This document shows, piece after piece, positions 37,990 to 38,908 of a stretch of 38,908 nt of DNA (the first letter of the stretch is position 1; every line of letters starts with the position of its first letter). The position numbers were made by a program, and so were the translations under genes. Origin of the DNA: Cyanophyceae cyanobacterium (GTDB lineage Bacteria; Cyanobacteriota; Cyanobacteriia; Cyanobacteriales; Laspinemataceae). The stretch spans positions 1 through 38,908 of the forward strand of contig JBBQFN010000046.1 in assembly GCA_038321985.1 (NCBI GenBank), in the 5' to 3' direction. The notes beneath the pieces are model-generated. The model had not been told where the DNA came from and ran no database searches. It saw only the letters and a list, made by a program, of their open reading frames with translations.

Positions 37990-38565
37990 CTAACCCCTGC
38001 GCCGACAATCTCGTAACCATAAGCGGACAGCTTCGGCCATTTCGCTCTCACTACTATTTCGGGGAGGGGTGGGAATTGCATTTTCTGGATAGGCGGTGCG
38101 GGAAAACATTTGATTAACCCTCCAACCTTGATCCGTTTGAGATAAAAATAGCCAATGATATTGTTGATATTCTATGGATTGAGTGGCCGTATAATGACGT
38201 TCTAAAGTGGTGAAAAAGACTTGGGCGATCGCCGGGTCAGACTCTTGAGGTTCTAGATCGCCCGGTAACCGAGAAACGGGGGGATTATTTACCCCCGCAC
38301 CTTGGGGCAAGGGTTGAAACTCCGCACGACCGGCGAGAATCACAAACCGAGGTACATGATCTGTGCTCATGCGTTGAATGGTGCGATTGGCATAACTGGG
38401 CAAATCGCGCAGCAATTGGGTCATCAACAGATCTAAATCCGTCGGACATTCCCCTCGAATTCTCGGTGTAGGGGTAACCGATTGGGCGATCGCCTCTGGT
38501 ATCCCAACCCTAACCCCCACTGGGAAGAGAGACCCCGCGCAAAAGCACAGCAGAACCCCCAGCAT
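37990..38565 (-). CDS. Cyanobacterial hypothetical protein (start uncertain)
   Basis: CP..L...LLRDLPSYANR, QVFFTTLER, HWLFL, WLRDCR; signal-like segment from ATG 38565, frame remains open upstream. Confidence 0.7.
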   Translation of the reverse strand: MLGVLLCFCAGSLFPVGVRVGIPEAIAQSVTPTPRIRGECPTDLDLLMTQLLRDLPSYANRTIQRMSTDHVPRFVILAGRAEFQPLPQGAGVNNPPVSRLPGDLEPQESDPAIAQVFFTTLERHYTATQSIEYQQYHWLFLSQTDQGWRVNQMFSRTAYPENAIPTPPRNSSESEMAEAVRLWLRDCRRRG

Positions 38566-38570
38566 GATCT

Positions 38571-38908
38571 GAAGAGACCCCCTCAACCCCCCCTTAGTAA
38601 GGGGGGGCTTTTTAGAGATTCCGGTTTCCGGTGCCCTCCCCTTAGCAAGGGGAGGGTTAGGGTGGGGTTCTTCTCTTATCGGAAGAGACCCCCCCAACCC
38701 CCCCTTAGTAAGGGGGGGCTTTTTAGAGATTCCGGTTTCCGGTCCCCTCCCCTTAGCACGGGGAGGGATAGGGTGGGGTTCTTCTCTTATCGGACGAGAC
38801 CCCCCAACCCCCCCCTTAGAATGGGGGGGTTTTTTCGAGTTTCGGGTTTCCGGTCCCCTCCCCTTCGCATGGGGTGGGTTTGGGTGGGGTTCTTCTCTTA
38901 TCGGAAGA
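38571..38908. repeat. 111-bp tandem repeat (3 full units plus start of a 4th), two GC hairpins per unit
   Basis: Units start at 38571, 38682, 38793, 38904; hairpins CCCCCCCTT-AGT-AAGGGGGGG and CCCTCCCCTT-AGC-AAGGGGAGGG. Confidence 0.92.

Larger units (their letters stand above)
1..38908. repeat. HIP1 (GCGATCGC) highly iterated palindrome dispersed through the window
   Basis: Dozens of GCGATCGC octamers in coding and non-coding DNA (e.g. 733, 1982, 2269); hallmark of cyanobacterial genomes. Confidence 0.95.

Noticed and set aside
38571..38908. Possible CRISPR array
   Set aside because: Whole 111-bp units repeat with no unique spacers; no cas genes in the window

Overview
Cyanobacterial chromosomal segment: HIP1 octamer GCGATCGC throughout, plus typical cyanobacterial gene families and dispersed repeats; probably a filamentous Oscillatoriales-type organism (inference). 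Left to right: (1) a single-domain response regulator and a TPR protein; (2) a ~6.6 kb accessory/defence-like patch (1547-8130) with an orphan RHH antitoxin, a pseudogenised antitoxin duplicate cut by a palindromic MITE-like element, an intact antitoxin/RelE-ParE-like toxin pair, an orphan DUF2442 gene, a small divergent membrane ORF, a 1259-aa HTH-NACHT-HEAT NLR-like protein and a small-ORF/retropepsin pair; (3) a flippase-like gene followed by three tandem paralogous ~575-aa membrane proteins with a conserved QDDARQH motif, predicted GT-C glycosyltransferases and the best candidate for an undescribed system; (4) DUF2993, a pentapeptide-repeat protein, a catalytically degenerate DICT/HD-GYP protein, an RTX surface protein and a TpsA-like/CHAT protein with a 27-unit Pro/Thr repeat; (5) housekeeping genes (Na+/H+ antiporter, mtnA, GGR-family oxidoreductase, dxs, VOC, PRTase, family-4 UDG); (6) an acidic lipoprotein next to a PKHD-type Fe/2OG hydroxylase, and a 111-bp tandem repeat running off the window end. 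No rRNA, tRNA, CRISPR array, integrase or transposase was recognised. All family calls come from motif recognition by eye, not database searches.
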